Positions 16,346 to 17,212 of a DNA stretch of 17,212 nt are shown here, in pieces. Every line of letters begins with the position of its first letter. Positions within the stretch are counted from its first letter, which is position 1. The notes under the pieces are model-generated. The model saw nothing but the letters and a program-made list of their open reading frames with translations. It searched no databases and was not told where the DNA came from. Source of the DNA: Candidatus Jordarchaeia archaeon (lineage in GTDB: Archaea > Asgardarchaeota > Jordiarchaeia > Jordiarchaeales > Jordiarchaeaceae); contig JAHQXB010000048.1 of NCBI GenBank assembly GCA_029856435.1, positions 1 to 17,212 on the forward strand, in the 5' to 3' direction. Both the position numbers and the translations under genes were made by a program.

Positions 16346-16993
16346 TTGGAGATAAACCCTGAACTGGCTTTCAAAAATGTTTTTGCACAGTGTGGGAGTG
16401 GCAGGCCAACGGGAGGAGTAGTAGTCACCAACTCGGGAAAAATTCTTTACCAATATAATTTCGACGACAACGATGTATTAAAGGATTCAATCAGCCTTTT
16501 CCCCCAATTGAAGGTGGGCGACTTTCTCTCCACGGGAAACTACCTTATTCTACGCGTGTCAAGCGGCATCACAGTCATCCTAAAATTTGCAAGCGAACAA
16601 AAGGTAGCCCTAGCCCAACTCTCACTCGTCGGCCGAGTTGCAGCCTTCGCAGGCTGGTTTGACAGTCTAGACGAAAAAGACTACAACATCAACTCATTGA
16701 AAGTAAACTATCCCGAAAATCGAAAAATCTGCGACCTCCTAGGATGTGATTCCACAACCGCCATAGGAAAAATACTCGAATTCATAGTTGAAAAATCAGA
16801 TGCCACAAAAAAAGAAGATTTAATCAAGTTGGGATTGAAGGAAGCAACCATCGAAGAATCCCTAGAAAAACTAGTAAAAGCAGGAATATTAGAGGAGGAG
16901 CAAGGCAAATACAGAATACGCGCCGGTCTCATAACAATTACACTTATGCAGCCCGCCGTTTGTAACAGTTTCAAAATAAGTGAACTTAAATAG
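16346..16993 (+). CDS. Putative roadblock/profilin-like N-terminal domain fused to a C-terminal winged helix
   Basis: GAGGT RBS. N-terminal alpha-beta-beta-alpha-beta-beta-beta-alpha pattern (GGVVVTNSGKILYQ); C-terminal KILEFIVEK...TIEESLEKLVKAGILEEEQGKYRI is typical of a wHTH. Confidence 0.7.
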   Translation: MEINPELAFKNVFAQCGSGRPTGGVVVTNSGKILYQYNFDDNDVLKDSISLFPQLKVGDFLSTGNYLILRVSSGITVILKFASEQKVALAQLSLVGRVAAFAGWFDSLDEKDYNINSLKVNYPENRKICDLLGCDSTTAIGKILEFIVEKSDATKKEDLIKLGLKEATIEESLEKLVKAGILEEEQGKYRIRAGLITITLMQPAVCNSFKISELK

Positions 16994-17212
16994 TCAAAAA
17001 CCCCAAAAAAATACAGGGAAACCAACCAAAAAACCAAAAAAGGAGACCAGAAAGGCAAAAAACGTGACAAAGACCTACACCCTCCCCCATAATAATTTTG
17101 AAAAGTTTTTTGTCATTTGGTGTCCCGGGCATAAACGGTTAATGAAGTCTTCTTTTCCCCAAAAAAAGCGTTTTTTGCCCTCTTTTTCACGGAGACCAAT
17201 ATAACTAATGAT

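Noticed and set aside
16980-17204. 74-aa ORF in the + strand A/C-rich tail (listed as minus in the track)
   Set aside because: Low-complexity Lys/Thr/Pro content reflects compositional skew, and it overlaps the end of the wHTH gene.

Overview
Archaeal genomic DNA (TTTA/TATA-type promoters, GGTGA/GGAGG ribosome-binding sites, TTG/GTG starts), most plausibly from an Asgard archaeon; this assignment is an inference from the Rab-like GTPase and the longin/roadblock-like proteins. The left half is metabolic: two tandem LLM-class oxidoreductases, a two-subunit family I CoA-transferase, an unknown membrane protein, a CoxD-like MoxR AAA+ / CoxE-like VWA pair, a nitroreductase, a multiply broken SplB-like radical SAM gene fused to a PolX-type 8-kDa HhH domain, and a lipoate-protein ligase. 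An ~880-bp gene-free gap follows, holding two 31-bp direct repeats 37 bp apart. The right end is a candidate GTPase signalling or membrane-trafficking locus: a split ~7-TM membrane protein, an all-helical protein, a putative tandem-longin protein, a divergently transcribed Rab-like GTPase lacking a prenylation motif, and a putative roadblock-winged-helix fusion. No tRNA, rRNA, cas or transposase genes were recognised. All domain calls come from motif reading by eye, not from database searches.
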